Positions 32,989 through 42,424 of a DNA stretch of 64,000 nt are shown one piece after another. The notes under the pieces are model-generated. The model made no database searches. It was not told the DNA's origin and saw only the letters and a list, made by a program, of their open reading frames with translations. This DNA comes from Gammaproteobacteria bacterium. GTDB taxonomy: Bacteria; Pseudomonadota; Gammaproteobacteria; JBCCGL01. The position numbers and the translations under genes were made by a program. Where the stretch lies: NCBI GenBank assembly GCA_965277715.1, contig OZ255836.1, positions 3,040,001-3,104,000 of the forward strand, given 5' to 3'. Position 1 is the first letter of the stretch; each line of letters begins with the position of its first letter.

Positions 32989-33111
32989 ACCTAAATTCCG
33001 CAGTTGAATCGTAGCGAGGGCGTCTAAGGTGCTGAAGCTGAAATGCTGGTAAAAGCGCTTTAGATTCTGTGCATTAGGTGCTCGCAGTAGATTCAACTGC
33101 GGAATTTAGGT
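32989..33111. mobile_element. MITE family A, short form (123 bp), TSD TTA
   Basis: Near-exact reverse complement of 25713-25835. Confidence 0.92.
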
Positions 33112-33172
33112 TTAAGGTTTCTCACACCCGGCACCGCAGATAGACAATAACAATTTTGACAAGGCATACTCC

Positions 33173-34120
33173 ATGACCAGGCTATACCCGCAAATACGGC
33201 ACAACTGTGAACACGCTTTTGAGGTTGGCGATGGACATACCCTGTATGGACGCGAATACGGTAATCCGGCGGGTATTCCCGCTGTATTCTTACACGGCGG
33301 GCCGGGGTCGGGTTGTGAGCCTTATCACTCGCGTTTTTTTGACCCTCAAAAATACCGCATTATTTTATTCGACCAACGGGGTGCCGGGCGCTCTACACCA
33401 CACGCCGCTCTGCACGCCAATACAACCCAGCATTTGATCGACGATCTTGAGCACATTCGCAATGCGCTGGGCGTTGACCGCTGGCTGGTATTTGGTGGCT
33501 CCTGGGGGTCGACGCTGGGTTTAGTGTATGCGCAGACCCACCCAGACAAGGTATTGGCGTTGGTGTTGCGCGGCATTTTTCTGTGCCGGGACAGTGATGT
33601 GCAGTGGTTTTACCAGCACGGCGCCCACCATCTGTTCCCCGATTATTGGGCCGATTTTTATCAGCATATTCCCGCCAGTGAGCGCGGTAATATGGTGGCC
33701 GCCTATCACCGTCGGTTGACGGGTGATGATGAGATTGCCCGCATGGCTGCCGCCAAGATCTGGTCGCAGTGGGAGGGGCGAACGGCGTCACTATTGCCCA
33801 GCCCTTCATTGCGTGATCACTTTGCCGATTTGCATGTGGCGCTGAGCCTGGCACGTATCGAGTGCCATTATTTTTTCAATCACTGCTGGTTGGAGGCGGG
33901 ACAGTTACTGCGCGATGCCGGGCGCCTGCACGATATTCCCGGTGTGATTGTGCATGGCCGCTACGATGTGGTGTGCCCGATAACGCAGGCGTTTGAGTTG
34001 CACGCTGCCTGGCCTCAGGCGGAACTGCAGGTTATCCTGGATGCCGGTCATGCGGCGTCTGAACCGGGTATCAGCGCGGCGCTGGTGCAGGCCACCGATA
34101 AATTTGCCCGCCAGTTGTAA
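33173..34120 (+). CDS. pip: prolyl aminopeptidase
   Basis: HGGPGSG, DQRGAGRS, GGSWGS, HGRYDVVCP, DAGH. Confidence 0.95.
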   Translation: MTRLYPQIRHNCEHAFEVGDGHTLYGREYGNPAGIPAVFLHGGPGSGCEPYHSRFFDPQKYRIILFDQRGAGRSTPHAALHANTTQHLIDDLEHIRNALGVDRWLVFGGSWGSTLGLVYAQTHPDKVLALVLRGIFLCRDSDVQWFYQHGAHHLFPDYWADFYQHIPASERGNMVAAYHRRLTGDDEIARMAAAKIWSQWEGRTASLLPSPSLRDHFADLHVALSLARIECHYFFNHCWLEAGQLLRDAGRLHDIPGVIVHGRYDVVCPITQAFELHAAWPQAELQVILDAGHAASEPGISAALVQATDKFARQL

Positions 34121-34123
34121 GCG

Positions 34124-34576
34124 TTGATTGGTTTACTGCAACGCGTTTGTCACGCCAGTGTGGTGGTTGGTGGTGAGACAGTTGCCACAATCCAACAAGG
34201 CTTGCTGGTGCTGGTGGGGGTCGAGCGCAAGGATCAACACGCGCAGGCTGACCGGTTATTGGCGCGCTTATTGGGGTACCGGGTATTCTCTGACGCAGAC
34301 GGCAAAATGAATCACAGCGTGCGCGATGTTGGCGGCGGTTTATTGCTGGTCCCACAATTTACCCTGGCTGCCGATACACACAAAGGTGCCCGCCCCAGCT
34401 TTACCCCAGCGGCACCCCCGGCAGAGGGGGAGGTATTGTTCAATTATCTGGTTAAGCAGGCAAAGACACTGCACCAACCTGTTGAGGCCGGTATTTTTGG
34501 CGCTGATATGCAGGTGAGCCTGGTCAATGACGGGCCAGTGACATTTTGCCTGACAGTACGCAATAGCGAAGGTTAA
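34124..34576 (+). CDS. dtd: D-aminoacyl-tRNA deacylase
   Basis: [26 protein letters not shown]. Confidence 0.96.
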   Translation: MIGLLQRVCHASVVVGGETVATIQQGLLVLVGVERKDQHAQADRLLARLLGYRVFSDADGKMNHSVRDVGGGLLLVPQFTLAADTHKGARPSFTPAAPPAEGEVLFNYLVKQAKTLHQPVEAGIFGADMQVSLVNDGPVTFCLTVRNSEG

Positions 34577-34753
34577 ACCTAAATTCCGCAGTTGAATCGT
34601 GGCGAGGGCGTATAAGGGGCTGAAGATGAAGTGTTTTTACCCGCATTTTAGCCATCCTGTCGTCATTCTACAGGTGAAGCTGAAATGCGGGTTAAAGCGC
34701 TTTAGATTCTGTGCATTAGCTGCTCGCAGTAAATTCAACTGCGGAATTTAGGT
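34577..34753. mobile_element. MITE family A, long form (177 bp), TSD TAA
   Basis: Same TIRs plus a 54-bp internal segment; lies between two convergent stop codons. Confidence 0.92.
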
Positions 34754-35610
34754 TAAAACACCGCACGTTCCACTGAAAAACCACGCGCTTTCAGTAGTTG
34801 CAGTAAACCCTCTTCGCCGACCAGGTGAAGTGCACCCACGAGTATCAGTTCAGTTTCGCCTGTGTTTAGCATGTTGATAATCTGCGGTAGCCAGTCATTG
34901 TTGCGATTCACTAATAACAATTGGTACAGCTCGGGATAGTCGCGCTGCATGGGGGCTAACGCGGCGCGTTCCAGGCGTTCCATATCACCATCGCGCCAGC
35001 TTTGTTTTATTTCATGTAAGACGGGTTTTAAATTTTCCAGATCACGCAGGGTGTTAAGCAGTAAGGCATCTTCGTTGCCCTCACCCATACTGGCAATGAA
35101 CTGAATTTGTTGTTCCGGCTGTTCCAGTTGGCCTGTCAGTTTATGCTCGTTGCGGGCGCGCTCAAAAAAGTATTGATCGACACCTCTTTCGTCAAGCCCC
35201 AGGCGCTTTATCTCTATCACTGACATGGACAGGCTAAGCATTGCCGGTTTGATGTGTTCAAAGGCAGTCACCGACATACCGCGCGCGGTAAAAAAATTTT
35301 TTACTAATTGGTAAGTGCGCGGCTGTAGCTGTGTTTTTAGGGTTTTTCCATTGCGATATGTCACTTGCTGCATCAACAATTGTTGAAGATGGGGTTGGCT
35401 GAGTTGGAGTAAATCGGTTTCTAATACGACTATATCGGCTGACAGGTAGGCCTGATCGAATGCCTGTGGCAGCGGAAAATCGTCTGGACCAAGCATATGG
35501 ATCGTACCGCCCAAATACAGTGTGTGGTCGCTGTTACTGATTTGCCACAGTGAGGTTTTCGCCACACTGCTGGTGGCAAACAAAGTGAATAGGAGAATAA
35601 ACCAGCGCAT
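34753..35610 (-). CDS. TraB/GumN family protein
   Basis: Signal peptide, YLGGTIH, GVD, RNNDW, VGALHLVG. Confidence 0.9.
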   Translation of the reverse strand: MRWFILLFTLFATSSVAKTSLWQISNSDHTLYLGGTIHMLGPDDFPLPQAFDQAYLSADIVVLETDLLQLSQPHLQQLLMQQVTYRNGKTLKTQLQPRTYQLVKNFFTARGMSVTAFEHIKPAMLSLSMSVIEIKRLGLDERGVDQYFFERARNEHKLTGQLEQPEQQIQFIASMGEGNEDALLLNTLRDLENLKPVLHEIKQSWRDGDMERLERAALAPMQRDYPELYQLLLVNRNNDWLPQIINMLNTGETELILVGALHLVGEEGLLQLLKARGFSVERAVF

Positions 35611-35630
35611 ATTGATACCATCTTTTGTTG

Positions 35631-36377
35631 TCAATTACCGCCGGTAACATCAATAAACGTGCCAGTTGAATAACTGGATACCGCTGAAGCCAGCCACAAA
35701 ATAGCCTCGGCGACTTCCTCTGGTTGGCCACCGCGCCGCAACGGCACATTGGCTTTAACGCGATCGACACGCCCCGGCTCACCGCCACTGGTGTGTATGT
35801 CTGTATAGATATATCCGGGGCGCACCGCGTTAACGCGAATACCCTCGCCAGCAAGCTCCTTCGCCAAGCCAATGGTCAGGGTGTCGATAGCCCCTTTTGA
35901 GGCGGCGTAGTCGACATACTCTCCCGGTGAGCCGAGCCGGGCAGCGCCGGAGGATACATTCACGATAGCGCCGCCATCGCCACCGTGCCTGGTCGACATA
36001 CGACGAATAGCCTCGCGAGCACAGAGGAAACTGCCGGTAATATTGGTGGCAAAAATCCGGTTTAGACGCGCTGCATCCATCGCCTCGACACGCATTTGTA
36101 CGTCGAGGATGCCCGCGTTGTTGACCAGCACTGCAAGCTGACCAGGCAGTTGGTCTATCTGCCCGAACATCGCCATCAATTCCGCTTCACTGGCAATATC
36201 GGCAGCTATCGCTACCGCTTTGCCGCCATCCCGCTGAATGGCGGTCACCACATCCTGTGCCGCCTGGTGGTTATGTTGGTAGTTGATACAGACACTGTAT
36301 CCCTGGCTTGCAGCCAACCGGGCAGTGGCTGCACCAATGCCACGACTGCCGCCGGTAATTAATAGAATGTTATCCAT
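35631..36377 (-). CDS. SDR family oxidoreductase (YgfF-like)
   Basis: TGGSRGIG, NNAG, YAASKG. Confidence 0.93.
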   Translation of the reverse strand: MDNILLITGGSRGIGAATARLAASQGYSVCINYQHNHQAAQDVVTAIQRDGGKAVAIAADIASEAELMAMFGQIDQLPGQLAVLVNNAGILDVQMRVEAMDAARLNRIFATNITGSFLCAREAIRRMSTRHGGDGGAIVNVSSGAARLGSPGEYVDYAASKGAIDTLTIGLAKELAGEGIRVNAVRPGYIYTDIHTSGGEPGRVDRVKANVPLRRGGQPEEVAEAILWLASAVSSYSTGTFIDVTGGN

Positions 36378-36447
36378 TAGTACACCGTCTACCTTATATT
36401 GACGGGTTTAGGCGTTCGTGACGAGAGGGCCGGAAAGCCGTTTACTT

Positions 36448-37722
36448 TTACTGCGGCGCAGGAATCGGCGTGTAACTGTCCTGGTGGTAATAGTCATATC
36501 TATTGAGTGTTTCATTGGTAAATGTCCACGCTTCGTTGTAGCTGAGATTACTGTCATCCGGGATAATCACCTTAATATAAAGCTGGTTTTTATACTGTTG
36601 TTTTAATGCGGCCAGCTCGGCGTGCATAGCGGCCTTATCAACAGTATAAAACGCAGCGTCTTCAGGTTTTTTCATCGTGATGACGCGGTTATCACCGTCG
36701 CGGGTGTAGCGTAGTGATACGACGTACTTACCTTTTGCACTCCGCGCAGGCCGCACCAGCTTATCGTATTTTGATTTCAGCTCGTTGTATTCGTTACGCA
36801 ATTCGGCGAGTCTTTCCTCTGATAGCTGCACGGTTTCAATTTGAGTCGACGATGCACTTTGCAGTTGTTCTATACGCGTATCCGAGGCCGCCAATTGGGC
36901 AATCATCTGGGTCAATTCCCCGCGTGACAGGTTGTATTGTTGTTGCAAGGCATTCAGCGATTGGCTGGTTGACTCAAGCTGTGCGAGGGTAGATGCCAAT
37001 TCACCCTCGGTACTGAGCCGCTGTTGTTGTGACTGTTCGAATTGTTGTTGGGATTGTTCAAGTTGCTGCTGCAGCGCAGCAAGTGTTCTATTCGCCGTCT
37101 CATTGCGTGTTTGCGATTCGGCGAGCTGTGTTTCCAGTGTCGCACCGCGTGCCTGTGAGGCGGCCAACTGCGTTTCCAGTGTCGCACCACGTGCCTGTGA
37201 GGCAGCCAACTGCGTTTCCAGTGTCGCACCACGTGCCTGTGAGGCGGCCAACTGCTTTTCCAGTGTCGCACCGCGTGCCTGTGAGGCAGCCAACTGCGTT
37301 TCCAGTGTTGCAGCGCGTGCCTGTGAGGCGACTAGCTGCGTTTCCAATGATTCACGCGTGAGTGTGAGTGCCGCAATTTTCTCCTGTGCTGTGGTCAGTT
37401 GGCCTTTCAGGTCGAATTTCTCTTCCATCGTTTGCAGTTGCTGCAAGCGCGACATGGCCAATTGATGCTGAGTGGCCTCCAGACGCTCCTCCAGCGTGGC
37501 ATTTTCTGCCAGCGACCCTTCAATGAGTTTAGTGGCAAGTTGCTTGGCCTCTTCCGATTCGGTCAGTTGCTGCATCAATTCGCTGTTGCGCAGAATCAAT
37601 GTTGCCGAGGTGATTAAAAAAATCATCACCACGACCATCATAATATCGGTAAACGAGGGCCAGAAACTTTCGTCTGCCTGGCCTCCTACGTGATTGAGCC
37701 GAAGATCGGTAAAGCCGCTCAT
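36448..37722 (-). CDS. MotB/ExbD-like membrane-anchored protein with long coiled coil and unrecognised C-terminal domain
   Basis: FWPSFTDIMMVVVMIFL TM containing Asp; Q/E/L-rich coiled coil; coupled to the upstream MotA-like gene. Confidence 0.7.
   Translation of the reverse strand: MSGFTDLRLNHVGGQADESFWPSFTDIMMVVVMIFLITSATLILRNSELMQQLTESEEAKQLATKLIEGSLAENATLEERLEATQHQLAMSRLQQLQTMEEKFDLKGQLTTAQEKIAALTLTRESLETQLVASQARAATLETQLAASQARGATLEKQLAASQARGATLETQLAASQARGATLETQLAASQARGATLETQLAESQTRNETANRTLAALQQQLEQSQQQFEQSQQQRLSTEGELASTLAQLESTSQSLNALQQQYNLSRGELTQMIAQLAASDTRIEQLQSASSTQIETVQLSEERLAELRNEYNELKSKYDKLVRPARSAKGKYVVSLRYTRDGDNRVITMKKPEDAAFYTVDKAAMHAELAALKQQYKNQLYIKVIIPDDSNLSYNEAWTFTNETLNRYDYYHQDSYTPIPAPQ
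37096..37347 (-). repeat. 42-bp in-frame tandem repeat (5 near-identical plus 1 degenerate; LETQLAASQARGAT)
   Basis: Visible in both DNA and protein. Confidence 0.93.
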
Positions 37723-38651
37723 CAGTGATCGAGTCGAAAGCCTGCGCGTAGGGTTGTCAACATGTCCTGGAGTTGCTGGTTCATAAGATGCAACTGCTCA
37801 GACTGCTGGTCAATACTGGTTGTCAGTTGGTTGCCGCCGCCACCGCTGGCGGGGTCTCCCTGCATTTGCTGCATCGATTCACTGACACTGCGCAAGGCAT
37901 TCACCAGGCTGGCGATATCACCGAGCACTTTGTCCTGGGAAACACTGAAACGCGGCATTAAACGCTCCAGCGAAACGCACTCCAGCACGCTGATAACATG
38001 GGTTTGAATATCGGCGGTACGCACGTAGAAATAACCAAAAAACATAAAACAGACAATCGCGGTAATGGTGGTGGACAACGCCGTGGACATGCCGTGTACA
38101 ACCAGGTTCATGCCCCCCAGACTCTCCGTAGTCTGCAATAAATCAGAGGCCCCGAGCAATGCAATCGACAGTGAAACAATAGTGCCAAACACACCTGTGA
38201 GAATCAGTATGTTATTGACAAATTTTGGCAGGCTGTTACGTGAGCTTTCTTTGGCCACCAGAATCGCGGCCAGTGCACCCTGATCAATCGGTGAGCTGTT
38301 GCGCCACATGCTTTGCATACTGGTGTAGCGTTGCCCGATAAGCGAATGCTCATCGATATTGGCCATCGCCATATCGGGGTTGATGAAATCATTCTCAAGA
38401 AAGTGACTGATAGCAATTTCCTGCTTCCGATAAAACAGCAGATTACTAACCACCTTGCCTATACCAAGTACAAACATCAGCAAAATAAGCCCGTTAACAA
38501 ATGCGCCGGTTTGGGTCAGTTGTTTACTAAAGTAGACATTGATCAGAAAATTATGATTGAGCACTATAATGACGACCACCCCAATAGTGGCCAATAGCAT
38601 CAATAATAGTGTGTTTCGACTCAGCGACGGTGTGTATTTTTCTATCTGCAT
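37722..38651 (-). CDS. MotA/TolQ/ExbB proton channel family protein
   Basis: LILTGVFGTIVSL and GMSTALSTTITAI channel helices. Confidence 0.85.
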   Translation of the reverse strand: MQIEKYTPSLSRNTLLLMLLATIGVVVIIVLNHNFLINVYFSKQLTQTGAFVNGLILLMFVLGIGKVVSNLLFYRKQEIAISHFLENDFINPDMAMANIDEHSLIGQRYTSMQSMWRNSSPIDQGALAAILVAKESSRNSLPKFVNNILILTGVFGTIVSLSIALLGASDLLQTTESLGGMNLVVHGMSTALSTTITAIVCFMFFGYFYVRTADIQTHVISVLECVSLERLMPRFSVSQDKVLGDIASLVNALRSVSESMQQMQGDPASGGGGNQLTTSIDQQSEQLHLMNQQLQDMLTTLRAGFRLDH

Positions 38652-38867
38652 AAACTGCGAAAATTCCGTGCGGGTTTAAAATTATCGGTTTGCGAGCCTG
38701 CACGCGTACCATCTTTTCAGGCAATGCAAAAGGGTAATCTAGCTGGCCATATGACACAAGAGCTACATTCAGTGAAATTTTTGTGGAAAACGCCGACTAG
38801 GCCCCATGTATTAGCCAATAATTGCTCCAGAAAAAAATGTTCTGGAGCAATTGGTTGCAGATTAATA

Positions 38868-39491
38868 TCAATCGTAATGCTGCGCCCATACTTTCGATAC
38901 GGCCGGTCGTTGACGCACAGTGTCACAAAGACATTTGAGTTTTGGGCAGCGCGCCAGTAATACCTCTGGCTGTTCATGCCAGAACACCAGCATTAACAGG
39001 TAGGGGTCGATGACGCTGTATTGGTCACCCAGCATATACGGCCCCGCACCGATTTCACCTTCCAGTAAGTCCCAGGCTTCGTCCATATAGGTTCTGGCCG
39101 ATTGCTGGACTTTGTCTGCGCTACTTGCGTCGGTGGTGTATCGGTCGCTGTAGTACAGGCGTAAGTCTGCCTCGTAAATATTCGTTGCCGCATACAGCAA
39201 CCAGCGATAAACCTGGGCGCGGGCTGCGCTACCAGCGGCGGGCAATAAACCGGCAGCGGGATGACTATCGGCGATCTGCAACATCATGGCGGCTGATTCG
39301 GTCAGTATTGACCCGTCTGCCAGGGTCATCGCCGGGATTTGCCCACGCGGGTTAATCGCCAAAAAATCGGCGTGCGTTTCCTCCCCCTTATCCATGTCCA
39401 ATACCACACGCTGGTAATCGACACCGATCTCCTCCAGCGCTATCTGTGGCGCCAGCGCGCCTGTTTGTTTGGCCCAATAGAGTGTGTACAT
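38868..39491 (-). CDS. glutathione S-transferase family protein
   Basis: INPRGQIP, LTESAA, YSVIDPYL. Confidence 0.92.
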   Translation of the reverse strand: MYTLYWAKQTGALAPQIALEEIGVDYQRVVLDMDKGEETHADFLAINPRGQIPAMTLADGSILTESAAMMLQIADSHPAAGLLPAAGSAARAQVYRWLLYAATNIYEADLRLYYSDRYTTDASSADKVQQSARTYMDEAWDLLEGEIGAGPYMLGDQYSVIDPYLLMLVFWHEQPEVLLARCPKLKCLCDTVRQRPAVSKVWAQHYD

Positions 39492-39638
39492 AGATTTTCA
39501 CCTGTTGTAATTATTGACAGTTACAACACATAGTGTGAAGGTTTATACACATAAATCATACCGCTTTCATCCGTATGCTTCAGCGCCTTACTGCGCACTA
39601 TGAAAATGCACTTATGCGGAATTTAGGATTATCGACCC

Positions 39639-40904
39639 ATGAACAGTTTTTTTACCAACAGTCTCGACATCAGTGACCCATTGCTTGGCGAAGCCCTGCG
39701 CGGCGAACAACGGCGACAACAAACCCAAATAGAGCTTATCGCCTCAGAAAATAGTGTCAGCCGTGCAGTACTCGATGCGTTGGGCCACCCAATGACGAAC
39801 AAAACATTGGAGGGATACCCCGGCAACCGGTTTCACGGCGGGGCTGAGTTTGCCGATATTAGCGAGCGTGCAGCTATCGAACGCGCCCAGATGTTATTTG
39901 ACTGTGAATATGTCAATGTACAACCGCATTCCGGTACACAGGCAAACCAGGCCGTATTTTTTGCAGCTCTCCAGCCAGGGGATAGAATTCTCAGCCTCGA
40001 CCTGGCAGCCGGTGGGCATTTGAGCCACGGTGCAAAGCCGAATTTATCGGGGCGTTGGTTTTCAGCGCACCACTATGGTGTCGACCGTGACAGTGGCCTG
40101 ATTGATTACGATGCCCTGGAAGAGCAGGCTGAACAGGTGCGGCCAAATATGCTGATTACCGGTGGTTCAGCCTACCCACGCGAAATTGATTTTCAGCGGA
40201 TGCAGGCCATTGCCCGGCAGGTTGGTGCCGTATTTTTGGTCGATATGGCGCACATTGCCGGTCTGGTTGCCGCTGGCGTTCACCCCTCTCCACTCGACTA
40301 CGCGGATGTGGTCACCTGCACTACCACAAAAACCCTGCGCGGCCCACGCGGTGGCCTGATTCTGTCACGCGATAAACAGTGGGAAAAACCCCTGCAATCC
40401 GCTATTTTTCCCGGTGTTCAGGGCAGCCTGCACACACAGGTTATCGCCGCTAAAGCTGTGTGCCTGGGCGAGGCGCTACGCGATGATTTCAAAGTATACG
40501 GTCAGCAGCTCAAACACAATGCGCGCACCTTGGCGGCGACACTGCAGGCACGTGGTATTGGTATAGTCAGTGGTGGCACGGACACGCACCTGGTGCTGCT
40601 GGATTTACGTGAATGCGGGCTAACAGGGCAAACGGTACAGGATATTTTAGGCGAGGCCAATATCACTTCAAACAAAAACCCGGTGCCCTTCGATTCACCA
40701 CGACCGTCGGCCTGGGGTGGTTTGCGGCTTGGTGCGGCGGCGGCAACCACACGTGGCCTACAACAGGAAGCGTTCACTGCGCTGGGCAATACAATTGCCG
40801 ATTTAATTGACGCATGCAACCGCAGCGACCAACAAGCGGTTATTGACCGGTCACGACATACTGTGGCGGACTTATGCCAGCGCTTTCCGATTTACACCAC
40901 CTGA
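39639..40904 (+). CDS. glyA: serine hydroxymethyltransferase (divergent copy)
   Basis: ELIASEN, NVQPHSG, GGHLSHG, DMAHIAGL, TTTKTLRGPRGG, SGGTDTH. Confidence 0.92.
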   Translation: MNSFFTNSLDISDPLLGEALRGEQRRQQTQIELIASENSVSRAVLDALGHPMTNKTLEGYPGNRFHGGAEFADISERAAIERAQMLFDCEYVNVQPHSGTQANQAVFFAALQPGDRILSLDLAAGGHLSHGAKPNLSGRWFSAHHYGVDRDSGLIDYDALEEQAEQVRPNMLITGGSAYPREIDFQRMQAIARQVGAVFLVDMAHIAGLVAAGVHPSPLDYADVVTCTTTKTLRGPRGGLILSRDKQWEKPLQSAIFPGVQGSLHTQVIAAKAVCLGEALRDDFKVYGQQLKHNARTLAATLQARGIGIVSGGTDTHLVLLDLRECGLTGQTVQDILGEANITSNKNPVPFDSPRPSAWGGLRLGAAAATTRGLQQEAFTALGNTIADLIDACNRSDQQAVIDRSRHTVADLCQRFPIYTT

Positions 40905-41148
40905 GCCTGATTGCCACCGAACCCGGTACGGGAAAGGGCCACAATGGATCCCGTCCACGGTGATTAAAAACGCCCCAGAAGAAGCTATAAACAACGAATA
41001 AGGAACGTACACGAAACAAATTCCGGGATTCGTCAGTGCGATGTTCATTACAAACGCTGCATCACTACTACGCACAGCTCCGCCCCAGTGCTGTGCTTCG
41101 ATACTCTTCTTATCTGCCTGCCCGGGAGCCTGTCGGATTCAGCTTAAT

Positions 41149-42396
41149 TTAACGCAGTCGCACTAATAAACCAGAGCGCACTTTAGGATCAAACCACGTC
41201 GATTTTGGCGGCATCACTTCACCCGCATCGGCAATCGCCATCAATTCTTCAATCGACGTTGGGTAACAGGCGAACGCCACTCCCCAGTCCTGATCGATGC
41301 GGTGTTGTAACTCTGTCAGTCCAAAGGCACCAGGTACGTAGTCGATACGCGGATCGAGGCGGGGGTCATCAATGCCCAGCAGCGGGCCAAGCACATAGTC
41401 TTGTAAAAAACACACATCCAGTGAACGCACTGGGTCGTCCCACACAACCTGATCGGGGTAAGCGGTGAGGCGATACCAGCGTGCATCAAGGTACATGGCA
41501 AATTGATTGCGCTCGGTAGGGCGCGCCTGTTCGGCATGCTCTACATTGAGCAGCTCGATTTCAAAATAGGGGCGCATTTGTTCAACAAAAATATCAGTGG
41601 GTATATTGTTAAGCCCACGCACCACCCGGTTGTACTCCAGGATACGATTTTCCCTATCTGGAAAAATAGCGGTGAGAACAAAGTTATAGGGTTCTTTACC
41701 GGTGTGGTCGGGGTTGTCTTCGCGGCGTTTCTGCGCCCAGCGCTCACACACGGCAGAGCGGTGGTGGCCATCGGTTAAATACAGGGCGTCGAGCTGCGAA
41801 AAAGCACTTTGCAGGGCGGTAATATCGTCGGTGCCGTCGATAAACCAGAGTGTCTGTTTGAGGCCATCAGGGGAGGTGAAGTCAATCAACGGTTGGCCCT
41901 GCTGGGCCTTGCGGGTAATGACCTCTACCTCGCCTATCGCCGGGTAGGTCATGGTAATGGGAGTGGAACTGGCACGCACTTCATCGCGGTATAAGATCAA
42001 TGCGTCCTCTTTATCCTGACGGGTGTGCTCGTGCTTTTTGATGCCACCCTGAATAAATTCCTCAATTGGCAGCTCGACGACCAGCCCGGTTTGTACGTGC
42101 CCGCCCACTGCTAAACGATACAGGTAAAACCCAGGCGCATCATTTTTGATATAGGTGCCGTTGCTGAGCAGTTCCTGCAATTTTTTTGAGTTGCGTTGCA
42201 AATTTAGATCAAATGGCGGGCGCTCAAATTCTGGAAATTCCTCAGTGGAGCGCATGACATTCAGGTAGTTACTCGGGTTGGCCAGGGCAAACTCGTGGCG
42301 TTGTCCCGGTGTCATGGCATCGTAAGCCGGGCACGCAACTTCTTTCGCCAACGATGGATTAGCGTAATAGCATGGGAAGGGACGGATCATCGTCAT
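41149..42396 (-). CDS. DUF1015 family protein (ParB/Srx-like motifs)
   Basis: PAYD, IKKHEHT, YLTDGHHR, MPPKSTWFDPK; follows serC. Confidence 0.88.
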   Translation of the reverse strand: MTMIRPFPCYYANPSLAKEVACPAYDAMTPGQRHEFALANPSNYLNVMRSTEEFPEFERPPFDLNLQRNSKKLQELLSNGTYIKNDAPGFYLYRLAVGGHVQTGLVVELPIEEFIQGGIKKHEHTRQDKEDALILYRDEVRASSTPITMTYPAIGEVEVITRKAQQGQPLIDFTSPDGLKQTLWFIDGTDDITALQSAFSQLDALYLTDGHHRSAVCERWAQKRREDNPDHTGKEPYNFVLTAIFPDRENRILEYNRVVRGLNNIPTDIFVEQMRPYFEIELLNVEHAEQARPTERNQFAMYLDARWYRLTAYPDQVVWDDPVRSLDVCFLQDYVLGPLLGIDDPRLDPRIDYVPGAFGLTELQHRIDQDWGVAFACYPTSIEELMAIADAGEVMPPKSTWFDPKVRSGLLVRLR

Positions 42397-42424
42397 GCTG
42401 GCGTACTCCCGGTGAAACGCTGGT

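Noticed and set aside
37096-37347. CRISPR or non-coding repeat array
   Set aside because: In-frame 42-bp coding repeat inside a coiled-coil protein
36448-38651. Zorya defence system or flagellar motAB
   Set aside because: The A subunit lacks the long ZorA tail, the B subunit lacks an OmpA-like motif, and no zorC/D/E or flagellar genes are adjacent
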